A stretch of DNA of 64,000 bases from Kudoa neothunni. Taxonomy: Eukaryota > Animalia > Cnidaria. Location: the NCBI GenBank assembly GCA_964304625.1, contig OZ199840.1, positions 8,067,744-8,131,743 of the forward strand, in the 5' to 3' direction. The position numbers and the translations under genes are program-made. Shown piece by piece: positions 27,374-41,100 of this stretch. The first letter of the stretch is position 1. Every line of letters starts with the position of its first letter. The notes beneath the pieces were generated by a model. The model did no database searches. It was given only the letters and a program-made list of their open reading frames with translations, and was not told the origin of the DNA.

Positions 27374-28425
27374 CCTTTCCGGGACCAACCGATTTGAAAA
27401 ACCGTGTGTACCCAAGCGGGGTCTCGAAAGACCCCAGTAAAAATAGAACTTAAACTTAATCAAGTTATATCAAACTCGTATACTTAAAAGTAGACATAAC
27501 AAATATCTCAATTTTTGTGATTCGGTAGTTCACGAAGGTTACACTTGAATATGCACATTATATACTTTGAGGTGCGCATATATTGTTAATGCATGAAAAA
27601 TTTAATTTTCTATTAAAACTAAAGACATTATGGAATCAATAATTAGAAATTAAATGAGACATAATATCACACAACACTTGGACATTTGATTGGTAGCACT
27701 CGGTTGCCACATGACGATGAAGGACTGATCGTAAGATTGAGAAGTTCAACATACCTTTTAAATCAAACAAATTTCATTATGTTTTTAAGTGTGCTTTTTG
27801 GTTCAAAATTAAATATTCTTTCATATCATGGCTATTAATAATCGTGACTCAAATCAAATGATATGATGTAAATAATCAGTACCATCTGATTGGCCATCGC
27901 ATTTCTCAATGTCAAACACATTCATCCATGCCTGCCAGTTCTGATTCAAACATTTTATATTCAGATATTTACTCAACCTCATAATAATCATCGATGTAGT
28001 CTTAAGCACTATTTAGATTATTTGTTGAGAACACCAAATTCAATTTATTAGGAAAAGTGACAAAACGTAGGAGATCAATCGGATTAGTTATAGCTAATCT
28101 ATAACGGCAATCTTCAGAGATTTTTGGCGTTATTTTCATACACATTTAATGTTTAAACGAAATATATTTTTTAACATTTCACTAAAATTAATAATTATAA
28201 AATAAATAATTGAGGTTACGAACACTTATAATTGCATCCAATCAAAATATTGTTTCTTATTATACAGTTTAACAAAACAGAGAAAAAAATTTCTTCCCCA
28301 TATATAGGCTTACGTGTTTTATGAGTATTCTAACAATTTTAACATAAACGGAAGCCGATTTTTAGAGATATGATCAAAAAGACGTATCTTGGGGTCTCAG
28401 CAGACCCCGCTCGGTCCCGTAAGGG
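27374..28425. mobile_element. Non-autonomous piggyBac-like element, possibly nested in a hAT MITE (about 27250-28538)
   Basis: TIRs (ttga)cctttccgggacc / ggtcccgtaaggg(ttaa); subterminal palindromes ggggtctcgaaagacccc and ggggtctcagcagacccc. Confidence 0.65.
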
Positions 28426-28763
28426 TTAAAGTTGCTTTTAATTATTGCGGGAAATTTACGAAAAACTAATTTTTATGGATGAAAGCCATCTCACGAACTC
28501 TTGAAATTAATGTAAGAACCCCAGACTGGAAAACTTTGCTTTATAAGAATCAATACAGTCAAACTTATTTCTCTGCAGACCTGGAAAAAAGATTGAATGG
28601 GATTTAAATTTAATAGTTTGTACTCAAACCGCTTAAAAATAATCATTAATCATTATTAGATGTGAGGACAGAGAAAGGGAAAACGCAAAGATTTTTAGAG
28701 TTCATAATACATGGATCAATTAATTAAAATATAAATTATCAATAGAATAAACGAGTGGATTGT

Positions 28764-30665
28764 TTAATGATGATGATGACCTTCGCCCCAGTCGATACTT
28801 TTCAGATCGATTCCCTCTTGAACCATTTCCCAAAGTGGACTCATTTGACGTAGACGTTCAACTTCCTTCACCACACGATCAACCACGTAATCAATTTCCT
28901 CTTCGGTGGTGAAGATGCAGATACCGAATCTGATACTGGAATGGGCAAGATCGTCATCCGCCCCAATGGCTCTGAGCACATATGAAGGTTCAAGTGAGGC
29001 CGACGTGCAAGCACTACAATCAAATTGAAAGAGATTGGTTAACATTAGAAAAACCGACCTTCCAGAAGAAAGAGCAATGTCCTTCAAAGCCATAAGCAAA
29101 CTTTCGCCTTCCACACAAGCGAAGCTAAAGTTGACACATCCTGGAAAGCCTCCTGCGGCAGTGGGATCTCCATTACGGACAATATGTGTAAGTCTGCTTG
29201 TGATGCCGTTAACCAATTTGTCACTGAGGTATTTGATCTTGTCGTAGTTTTCCTAAATGGGGTAATAGAGTGCGCAAAAATGTAGTTTTGACGAACCTGC
29301 ATGTGATTTTTAGCTAGAAGAGCAGCTTCTCCGAACCCAACCACAAGAGAGGGTACCACTACGGAGTCCGCGTTCTTGGCCACCTCCGCTAAACAATGGA
29401 ACAAGTCGTATTCTAGGTTTATTTCGTATGTATAATGCTCCAACACCTAAACAAATGTGCAGGTCACACAAATGAAAAACAAACGCAATCACTCACCTTT
29501 TGGACCGTATATTTTATGACCACTCAACGACATAAGATCAATATTGCATTCATTCACATCGATAGGGTATTTTGCCGTATGCCCTACAATGAGCCATTGC
29601 AATTCTGTCCACGTTCTAAATTCGATGAGTTACTTGAGCAGCATCAGTGTGGAATAGAACATTTCTTTCCTTGCATATTTTGGCCGATTTCCCTTGATGG
29701 GATGAATAACTCCAATTTCATTGTTGACGGTCATCGCGGAAACTAGCAATGTTTGTGGTGTGATGGGTGTTTTTTAATAACTATTTTTTCACAATATATT
29801 TCCATCCCACACAACAAAAAATGATCACTTCAAGATCAATATGGCCTTGTTCATTCACCGGAAGGTAGGTCACTTGGAAACCTTGCTCGGAGAGCGCTCT
29901 GCAAGAATCCCAACACACATTTATGTTCCTAGGTAATATTATTGGTGCAACTATTCAACACAATGGTTACAGTTTGAACGGTGATGATGTGATTTTTTTT
30001 GCCGCCATAAAATTTGGCAGCTCCCTAAAACAGATGTCAAAAGTTAAGTCAGCGCATAAGATGTTGTATTTGTTACCTTTAGTGCCATGTTGTTGCATTC
30101 AGTGGCACCGCTGGTAAAAATAATTTCTTTGGGGGATGCATTGATGAGGGTGGCTATTTGCTATGGAATTAAAATAGTTTCCGTTAGAAAATAGGAGAGT
30201 AGATCAAGTGAACTACTTCTCGAGCAACTTCCACAGCTTTTTCTGTCTCCCACCCCGAAAACATGAGTTTTGGAGTGGCAATTGCCATATTTTTCAGTGA
30301 AATAAGGCCACATGGCGCTCAACACATCAGGATGCTTAAGATGGAGAAAAATACAGTTAAATCAAGCGAGCAATTAATGATAACCTACAGGTTTGGTAGT
30401 TGATTGAGCATCCAAGAAAATAGGTATTTTCACGTTGGTTGCAGTAGTTTTTACTGCAGCAGTGTTATCGGTGGACATATCTAAGCTGAATTTCAACCAA
30501 TTTCCCTCACAATTCAAAATAACTTGAAGCGTTTCTAATGAATATCGATTTGTGGTTGAAAAGTATTCTTGAAAGCAACAAATTCGATTGTTGCTTTACA
30601 TTAGGTGAGTGGAATTTTCCATTGAAACAATGTCTGACCAATTTATTTTGACACGCGGATAACAT
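28764..30665 (-). CDS. NFS1: Mitochondrial cysteine desulfurase (IscS/NFS1), multi-exon; six single-base insertions in the assembled sequence
   Basis: [40 protein letters not shown] (PLP-binding Lys), [15 protein letters not shown]|[14 protein letters not shown] and [11 protein letters not shown]. The N-terminus resembles a mitochondrial transit peptide; the start is uncertain (30665 or 30737). Confidence 0.95.
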
Positions 30666-32169
30666 TTTCAATGATAGTTTATGTGGTTGATGAATAGATT
30701 GAGCGAATGATGGTAGCACGAGCGAATGAAAGCGCATTCACTATGTCCTATTGGATAACGCAACTGTAAGCGCATCCATCTTTTTCTTGATTTTATGCCA
30801 TAATTTTCGATAAAAAATTATTTCGAACTTTAAAATTTAAGTTTTTTGTCGCAATTATGTCATTTTTTTAATTCTGATAGAGCAGAACAGAAGTTAGAGC
30901 CTCTACCCCTTTCAATTGAAAACCCCTTTCTCATCCTCGAATAGAATATTTTGTCACAGTTTGTTTACTGGGTGATTGTTTTAGTTAATCTATGTTGATT
31001 TCATTCCCGGTTGAATAGTAACTTATTCATAGATTCATTCATTGGCTTTCGTTCTATTAGAGGATTGTAATCCTTTTAATGAATAATTAGTTGTTTATTT
31101 AGTAATTAAGCTAGGGTGAAAACTTAGGATACCATAATTATAAGGGGTTAAATTGAGTGCTTATCTCTGTGAATAACAAGTACGCCCTACGATTAGTTGT
31201 TTTAGGTTTATTATAAATTTGTTTACTACTGCTAAATTCTTATATCGATTCACTCGAGGATGATTTTGATTCTATCCAACTCGACTGTTTACAACTGAGA
31301 AAGACGACATATATAAGAAACTTGAATTCAATTTAAAATGTTAGTTGGATTCTTAGATGGAAGCGCAAAAACAATATTATCCACAAAAATAAATATTTAC
31401 AGTCGGAAACCGATTTTACGCATTTAAAAAAAAACAACTTAATGGTTCTCATATTAAATGTGTATATGCTAAGGTTGATTATAATTAAAATTCCCTATTT
31501 TACAAATATAATTTCTTCATTTAATATCAATTAATGATAAGGCACGTAAGATCCGTAATGACCAATTTTAAGTAAATTTTTATTCCAATTTCTATGCCAC
31601 TTGTGGATTTTACACAATCACTGATTATGATCATTGATAGTTAGATGCGCTGAAGATTTAAAGAAAAATATAAAATATTTTTGTTCTTCGAAACTCTTCC
31701 CCCAAAAATGAAAAAACAATTATTATTCGTCAATTCGAGGTTTCCTCATTATATTCTTTCTATAAAATAAAAAAAAGGATAAAATTGTCGAAATGATACT
31801 CGATTAGGAGATAATAAAATATTAAATGGTTGGTATTAATGAAAATAAGGGCGTTATGTAATCAACTATGAAGAATGTCGAACAGGAGAAGGTTAAAATA
31901 ACACCTATAAAGTTTCATAAAAAGAAATTGTGTACATATAAATATAAATTAATAGAGTTTATTCAATTTGTTTGCGTGATTTTTAAAGCCCGTGATATAG
32001 TTTCAACAAATGAAAATCTGTTGTTTTATTTTGCCAGTCCTGGGGGGATTAAGTAAAATTGGTTACCCATTGTATTGTGTTATGAACCTCTTGACAAATT
32101 TATTGCAGTAACATTTAGTGCAGTTGTTTATCTAGGGGACGCACAAGAAAATTTTTGATAGGAACCGCC

Positions 32170-32640
32170 ATTAAAGGAATGGAAATAATTGTAACTCTTT
32201 CATGCCCAATTTTTTTATTTGCCGTCTAAAGATAAAATATCACGTAAAAATGCTTATTTTTAAGGATTTAAAAAGTTAAAATGCTAACAAACATTTTTTA
32301 AAACCATTATCATCAAATTATAGTGAAAATATGTTTCGTATCTGATTTTTAGACAAAAGCCTAATATAATCAATACCCTTACATTGATCAACTTTTCGCA
32401 CATGCGCACCAATTTTATTGTCAACCTCACATTTTTTTAATTATTCCATATCTAACAATATTAAGATCTGAATTTTTTAATAAAAGATACCACAGATTAA
32501 ATTTAAGTATATATATGTATATATTTTGAAATAGATATATTATAAAAAATTACAATAATGATTTCTTCGATAATACACCACAATAATCCCTTTATGATTT
32601 TTCAAATTAATTTTCAAACTTTTCATATATATAAGTGAAT
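32170..32640 (+). repeat. Dispersed repeat, second copy at about 49590-50120
   Basis: Collinear shared blocks gata..atatcacgtaaa, tttaaaa(a)gttaaaat, atataatcaata..ctt and tgcgc.ccaatttt..tgtcaac. Confidence 0.6.
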
Positions 32641-32788
32641 ATTATTAAACTATTAAAAATTACATTATAACAAAAATCTTTTGTGGAATATATTACGATA
32701 ATGAAAAAAAATAAATTTCTAGGTTAAATATGATGATATTTTAAATTTTTGAATCTATATTTTGAGATGTACTATAAACATTATTTTT

Positions 32789-35062
32789 ATGTCTGGATGC
32801 TACAGAATTTGGAGCAATCTAATAAAGACATTGCTAATCATTATATATTCTCTATATTATGGAAGTTGTTTAGCGAAATTATGTAATAACGATAGAATAT
32901 CAAAAGCTTACGTACTATCAAGAATTATTAGTTTAACGGTCTACTTTAGCGTTTTAAACCTGTGATCCGTATCACCGAGAAAATATAGATGATAACAGTA
33001 GGTATCAGTTACAAATGAATGTGGTCTAAGTGCTTGGCAATATCGAATAACTTTTTTGAATAATATATTTTATTGAAAATAAACGCAAAAATATTTTTTA
33101 CAAATCTTGAATTTGATTTTTTTGATTTCCTTTGTATATATGGGATCCGCCATTCTAAAAAGGTTGAGAACCGTCGGTCTACTTGATATATTTTGTTCAA
33201 TCTAATTAGCTAAATACACGATATTTAATTTTGTGAGACTAACCGTTTCCAAAGAGTAACTCGAACTATTTAAAAGGAACCTAATTAATTATTTAATTAA
33301 AATAAGGAATTTCTTTCGTCACTTGAGTAAAGCGCTTTAAAAATACCCTAACTTTTCCGGTCAGAGCAGAATATATATTGTTCACAACAGTTTAATCTTG
33401 GAGAATATCATCGATTGGATATTTCTATTAGTCTGGTAATTAATATATATTTATAGAGTAAAATTTTTCCTATACAATTATAATCATTTGTTATGATCAT
33501 ACTTGGTTTATTATAATTTTTCAAGAAGCCAACAACTATTGGGGTTTATCAGTCGAAAATTCCCAAATGCCAGTTTCCACACCTATTCGCTTAATATTTC
33601 TTAATTGCTGTTAAAAGGCGGCTGTAAATTGTAAATTCATTCCCATCCAAATATGAAATATTCCTCTATTATACTCGAATTTCTTAGTGTGGTTTCATTT
33701 ATCGCCCGCGCCAAACCAATGATAAATAATATTTATGCGGCAAACTTAGAAAGGGATGTTTCCACACTCACTTACTCACCTAATCTTTGAAAAGCAATGT
33801 ACAGTATTAAAAATGAGGATAAATTATACGAATTCTTAAAAACTAGATTAAATTAGTTACTCACAGATGTTTTTTTTGTTTAAAAGGATTGTCGCTTCAA
33901 GGAGCGTTGTACTTTGTTGAAATTATCCCTAATTTTTAAATATTCTGATTTTAAAGTGAGTTTATCTATTCCGAATTAAAAAAATTTTGATCCATTTTAT
34001 CACCTAATTGAACAATTAGTTATTTCTTGTAAACAATCTTAGATTTGTTTAGATTGTTGAGTGGAAGGCTTAGTGTAGATATGTACCTAGCCGAGTTCTG
34101 AGATAGCGTAAAGTTGTAGCTCAAAGGACTACATGGAAATGAGACTTTAGACAGCATTCACTTGTCGATCAAGACCATTACAATTTACGTTGGAGATTAA
34201 AATAAAAAATAATTAAGGTGATAACGATAATCAGTTGTCGGTAAACAAAATTATGGATGTCACATTTGTGTTGTTGAAAACCGATTATATCTGGTTGTTA
34301 CAGGTTTCGACGAATTATCATAATACCCCAACAAATAAGCTTTTGATTTATATAAATGGTTGAGTTGAAAAGTAGAGACGCTGTATTTTCCGGATTGGCC
34401 ACGGAATTGCCGAAAGAAAACATTTCAAAATCGATTATCCATCTACTCCATCAAAAGTTATATTGATATTAGTGATTGGTGCAAATTGCACAAATACCAT
34501 TAACTCAATTAATACTTTTACTGAAATCAAACTAAGCCACATCCAGATGCATTCACTTGGGATAAATTATAAAATTTGATGAGAGCTATATGAGGCTTCG
34601 ATTTGTACTCTAACAAGATCACAAATGTTACCCAAGATGAATTCTTCACGCTGTCAGTAATATATTACTGAATTACTGAATAAAACTATCAAATTTGAAT
34701 ACCTTCAATCAAAAATTCGATATACCTGCCCTACCCGTTTGAGTTGACAAATCGGTTAATTACCACTGAATAATAATCAAAGATGAGACATTTTCCTGGA
34801 GATAATCATTGAACTGTAGATATTTTATAAAACCAATCTTAGTTGATTAACGCAAGCATGTGAGAATAAGACAGTGACTGGTTTTACAGAAAAAACTGAT
34901 GATCATATCTATCCTAACAGTCAAACTGGAAAGAATTATAATAAACAGATTAAACTACTTAATTCACGTATATTAAATGAGTGTCCAAATGATCAAAATT
35001 TTATTTTTTATGAAATCAATTTGGTTTCATACAGTATCGGTTTAAGGAAAATATTTATTTGA
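32789..35062 (+). CDS. Candidate orphan secreted protein, multi-exon (model uncertain)
   Basis: Signal-peptide-like first exon MSGCYRIWSNLIKTLLIIIYSLYYGSCLAKL followed by a GT. Further AG..GT-bounded open blocks include DCRFKERCTLLKLSLIFKYSDFK, GDNDNQLSVNKIMDVTFVLLKTDYIWLLQ and RRCIFRIGHGIAERKHFKIDYP. No family recognised. Confidence 0.3.
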
Positions 35063-35195
35063 TAGTTATTATGAAATTTTTGTTTCATGATCAATGGGTA
35101 ATTAGATCATTGTATTGATTAGCTTTAATCCCTTTTTCTATATTATCAAATGCTTATCACTAATCATTTGATAGGCAATAGATTAGACGATAAAA

Positions 35196-38100
35196 ATGAA
35201 GGTTTACATTCTTTTCGTGCTGCTGAAATTCATCGTCCACTCAACAGCAATCAAGCTAACTGTTGTAAGCTTATAATAGAAAGTTAGCCGATCAACGCCA
35301 GATAATAATAATAAGTTGAATTACCTCACCGTGTCAGCTATTAAAAGCACTATGCTATAACTATAATTGATGGTTTTTATTGTTAATCGACAAATTTTTA
35401 TATTATTCGATATTATACTAATTCAAAAAATTATTCTACTTTTGGCGTTTGCGTGTTGTGATTACAATTTTTACATCAAAATTCTAGTTTAGCGCCAATC
35501 CACATATTAAATTTATCACCGAAGATGTACAGTCAATAACTAAAATCAATCTTGAAGACCTGCTTAAAATTGTAACCTACTTATGTGCGTCTAGAAATTT
35601 TCAATTGATTTATTATTCAAGGGATTGGTTAATCATGTCGTGTCAGATTGCGCACCGTTCCCCAATGTCGATGTGGTTCAGAAAGATGATGATTTGGTTC
35701 GGTTTATGTTACTTTTTATCAAAAGAAATCATACTTGTCCACTTCAACTCGAAGTATCTCACGCTCTTAAGGGTCTAATTTTAATAATGTTTGTTTATTT
35801 AACCAATTTTAAAGTTTTATTAACCAGGGTAATTGTTTTAATCTTCCGACCTGTCTGGGATGTTCACGACCCAACACAAGCAGTCATAATTTTAACTTTT
35901 ACTCGTGTTAAAAACTCTCTAACTATCTTATCTGTTCATCGTTTATTATTCACAAGATATTTGATTCAATTGTACGAATTAATCTTTCTTGACCAAAGTA
36001 GAGCATGTTTAACGCGTAATTTTAGTTGTTTTAATCCCACGCCAATATACCAAATTACACGAATTAACAGTTCCATAATCAGTTGATTTTTTCTAACTAG
36101 ACAGTCATAAATTCTGATTATTGATATTGTTTTCGAGTGTTAACTTATTTCGAATAAGTTACCAGGATTTAATTATTCTCGAAAACTTTAACCCATTAGA
36201 GCCCCAATTTTTTTTCAGGGTAAAAAATTTCTACAAATAATAAAAATATCCAGTGAACACATATATAAAATTCTTAAGGCATGTGAATTACCCAACAATA
36301 ATTTTTTTCAGACATTTTACGATGTTCACTACAGTTCACACCCCAACGGACTTCATGACAAAAAACATTGGAAATTTTCTTAAATGACAAAAATCAAATT
36401 ATACTAATCGTATTTGTTTTTTTTTTGGGGCGTGAAAATCGTAAATGCAATTTCTTCCTTTTACAATACAGCAGCTTGCATTACATTTGAGACACACAAA
36501 CTGTATACTTCTTTTACAGAGGTGACATTTTGCTTTTGGAGTCCATCATATCAGGGGTAATGTCCCACATTGTCAAATTTAATAAAATTTTAAAACCCGT
36601 TTTTTTCGTTTTACGTAAGACGAGGACTCCAATTGAGATATGTCTAGACTTGGTCGACCTCGCTTTGGAATCCCTATCTGTTTTTTGTGATAGATTGAAG
36701 GTTCACTTATGGTTTGGGTGAATGAGAGCAAATCTTTGATCTCTTTCTTTGGCACTTTTCTTATCAGGGGGTTCCTAGTGTGGGGCAGCCAGGAATAAAT
36801 AACAGCTGTATTTAAACCCCAAAAGAAAATTTGCATATAAAATTTTTGGATTTGTGTTTTGGGCTATAAAGAGCCATCAGCATGTCCCAAAAAACATTCC
36901 CTCCTATATTTTTAATAAATTCGAAACAACACTAGGGCATTCTATATTGATCATTTGTCCCTTGGCTTCTAAAAATCTTTTTACGTTGCAACTGGGCTCC
37001 AAGGATGAATGGGTTGAGGATAAAGTGACCACGGATATGTCACACCATTGGGATAATATTATGTCGTTTTGGAGGTCTTGTGCTTTCATATGATCCACGC
37101 CTATTTTTTGAAAAATTTTTACAGGAGTTAATGGGCAGTTCTTAATTCTATTTCTTCTGATAGTCCCAACAGAATAGATATCGCGATTTTTAAAAACATT
37201 TGCGATGGGAATGACGTAAAATTAGTTGTAAAAGTATACAAAAAATGTTTCGGTAAGTCTGACTACAAAATCCTCTGAAACTAGACCACAGCTTTGATCT
37301 ACAATAGGGCGCTTCTCATCATACAGATGAAAAATCATATACAATTTCACTGACCTCACACCTTGCAAATACTTTTAAATCCCATCTAGGTGATTTCTTA
37401 GGAAGATATTGCTTTACTTTACATTTTCCTTTGAAAGGAATCATTTTCTCATCTATAAAATTATTATCTTCTGGCGTGAGGCTTAAGCAAGCAGTACTAA
37501 GACGTTCTAAAAAGGACTTGATCTTTGCAAAACTATCTAAATGGGGTGATTCATGATCCTTTATTGTTTTATCGTTGTTACAAAAAATACAAAAACTTAA
37601 ATATTTGCTGAAAACGATTTCTAGAAAGTGTATTCGAAATAGATGAATAATCCAGTGATTTGTTCCAGTGGCAGCGATAACGAGGCATCTTAATAATTCT
37701 CATTAAAATCAAAATTCCAATAAATTTTTGAATTTCTTCAACATCTGTAAGAGAGGTTGAACCAAGCTGAGTTGCATTTATATTCGATTCGTGGGATATC
37801 ATTTCTTCAAATAATTCATTGTTGAAGAAAAATTTGAAGTAATCAATCGGTTCAATCGGAGTATCATCTTCCTTAAAGTCAATGCTCACGTTGACATCTT
37901 CAGAAAACTTTATCCAGGGTTATTTTTTAACCCATTCGAAGTTATTTTCATCATCAGAATAGTCCTGGAGACCATTCTGATAAATGGGCATCTGGAGTAA
38001 CAATAATTTTTAATCCAGTTTTACCTGCGTTTGATTAATTGAAAATTAAATCTTGATCCAAACTTTTTATGTCGTAAATGCCCATTGTTCACTGTAGTGA

Positions 38101-41100
38101 ACACATGTTATTTAATAGGTATTTTTTGAAATAATTAAATAATTAACGTGAATACTTTAAAACAAAAATTAAAAATAAATATCTATACTGTATATTTTTT
38201 AAGATTTATTTATAAATTACAAGGAGCTTTTATTTGAAGAATAAAGTCACTATTATTTAATCCACATTTAGGAAAACGTATCCTTCAATCTAAACTCATC
38301 ATTTTTCAAATGTGATAAAATATAAATAAAAAAACAAAGCTTTAATCAAATTATTTATTAAACTTTATTTTTAATATCCAACTAGCTAAAGGTAACATGT
38401 ATTATCGAAATAATCGTTAGTTCACTACAGTGAACAATGGGATTGAAAGAGTTAAGCTAAACTTGCATTAATCTTCCAAATGTTTTCGAGGTCAATCTAA
38501 TCCCAGGCCATTTTGTTATCCGGTTTAAATATGCTAATAAAATATTAGTTATGTAAAAATTAGAATTTTACGAGAATTTAATAACTATTTTACAATATAA
38601 TAAAAGTACTTACATTACTTTCTTGAGTCAAATTAGCCATAAAACATGTTGTAAACACACAAGATATCGTTATATGTACTTAAAAATAAAGTTAACTCTA
38701 ATGGGTTAAAAAGATCTAATTATAGAATTAGAGTTAAATAATAAACACTCAAATAACTTTTTGCGCAAATAAGCTAACTCCCCGATGAAGGGCACTCGAA
38801 AAATGATGATTTGGAATATTACGTTTGTTTAGAAAATTAATATTAAATTAATAGTTTTGATAAAAATCTACAAATAATTTATTATTTCTAAGGTCAGCTA
38901 ATTTAGTTTATGAACTTACTAAAACGATGCTCTAATAAAAATAATGCAATTTATGAGATGGATAGGTCTAATGTTACCAAAAAATTTTAAATTCTTATAA
39001 CCCAAAACACAAATTTGATTTTATTTCTACAAACTTGTATAGTTGTGATTATTGGTAAGGCTTATAGAAGAAAAACAAAAATTTATACTTAATTGTAACA
39101 TTTATGAATAATTATACGAAACGTTCCAAATAATAATCACCGCTACCACTTTTTAACAATATAAGGAACGATTACCAACTTCTGTATTTTATAATACGAT
39201 AGAAGTTTCCTAAACGACCTTATGTGTATAACCGAATAATCCTTGATTCTAGACATCCTAGACACTCGGATTTCAAATTTTCGGAAAGTTGCAGCATTTA
39301 TTAATGTAAAGAATTTTTAACCGAATAATGTAGAGATAAATCAATTTTTTTACATTGATGATTCACGTAGATGTAAAAAAGGTATCGCCCTTATCCTAGG
39401 ATTAGGGACAACAAGTGAAAACAGACTTTCCACCTCCGGTTGATCAACTATTTGAATAATAAATTTAGATTTATTTTTTAAATTATTTCTAAATAATTTA
39501 AATTAAATTTCGCCGAATAAGTATATTTTAATAATCGATAATGATAAAATATGTGATCCCCTAGAAACGCCCTCTCGCGCATGATTTTTCTCAATAATTT
39601 TTTCACAATTAGTTTTACATAAAAAATGAATATTGTGTCAATTGGAGTCAGTGCGATATCTTGATGTACAATTTACATCAATCTCTATCTCAGGATAAGC
39701 CGGAGAAAGGTGAAATCTGCATATAAAACAGTTATTTTCCGATAAATCACGTACTCTGAAAATATATGATTAAATTATCCATTTATAACGATTCAACAGA
39801 TTTTTTCTTTCTTAATACGCTATAAATAGTTGATTTCGTGTCAATATTGAGATTTATGCATTTCCTATCACTATATTTTAATTTATTCGCCATAATTTCT
39901 ATAAAGTTAATTTTTTACATTACTTAATTAAAAATTATATTTTGAATGGATAAGTTTTTTTTGTTTCTGTAGGTAAAGAAGAAAAGATTTTATAACATAA
40001 TTATCTTTGAAATTTTTTATAAGAATTTTTAAAATAATCGATTAATATATTTTGTAGACTCATTTTATCTATAAATGCGAATGAAAAATATTAATGTTAA
40101 AATTTTATATAAAGTTATTTGTTAAGTGAGATAATTTAAAAAATTCAAAATGCATCGAATTTTTGTTTCTTCGAAAAAAGATGTTAAAACATATTACGCA
40201 TTCAATACAAATATTTAAACAATTATTAGCTTCTAGTCTGAATAGCCAAGAATTGATATATAGTTCAATTGTTTATATTATTAATTTTTAATAGAATCTA
40301 ATTTGTTATTTTTAAATCATTTGTGTATTATTTAACCAAAACACTGAATATTAAAAATTATGTAATATTGTTAATTTAATACTCAAATGTTGAAATATTG
40401 TATTAGAGGGTTAATAATCAGTAAAATCATGTATAACGTATGTAAATGATTTAAGATTTACCTTTTTAATGAATTTTAGATAAATTCAACCAAATCTACC
40501 CTATATTTTTAAAAAGATTAATGTATAAATGGGTTCTCATATTTCTTATCATTTCTTATCGAGTTATTAGTAATATTTGTTGAAATATGGGATCTAGTTT
40601 TTTCTGTGTGTTAAGAGGTAGTGTTTTCAAAGGGGCCCCGTACGCCTATATGTCATTTATATCAACTATAACGGCTAATGTTTAGTTATTCCATTTTATT
40701 TGAATACCAATATTTATTATTTAGGCAAAATATGCTTATGAAGCAGGATACAATGGACTGTTATTTTACGTCGAGAATTCAAACGCTAACAATGCCAAAA
40801 CAGAAACTAGACAGAAAATTTCTGCTGGACCAAAGTCCGCTGCGCTATTGCAAACAAAAGAAAATAAAACAACAAGTTAGTCATTATAATAACCCATCCT
40901 TTTACTAAATCATTCACAGGAAATCCTTTAGGCGATTCGGGTTTGGAACATAAGGATTTCGCGATCTTTCGAATTTCTGAGGTAAGTGGATTTATTTCCC
41001 TATCTAGAGCTTGTAAAAATTAAGGTGGTTACGCTTTATAGGAAGAAGGGCAGGTTCTGGAACTAGTGGTTTCTAGGTACAATTTTAATTGTGTAATATT

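Noticed and set aside
28764-30737. NFS1 pseudogenisation or loss of mitochondrial Fe-S assembly
   Set aside because: All lesions are +1 homopolymer insertions with motifs otherwise intact, which is typical of long-read consensus error.
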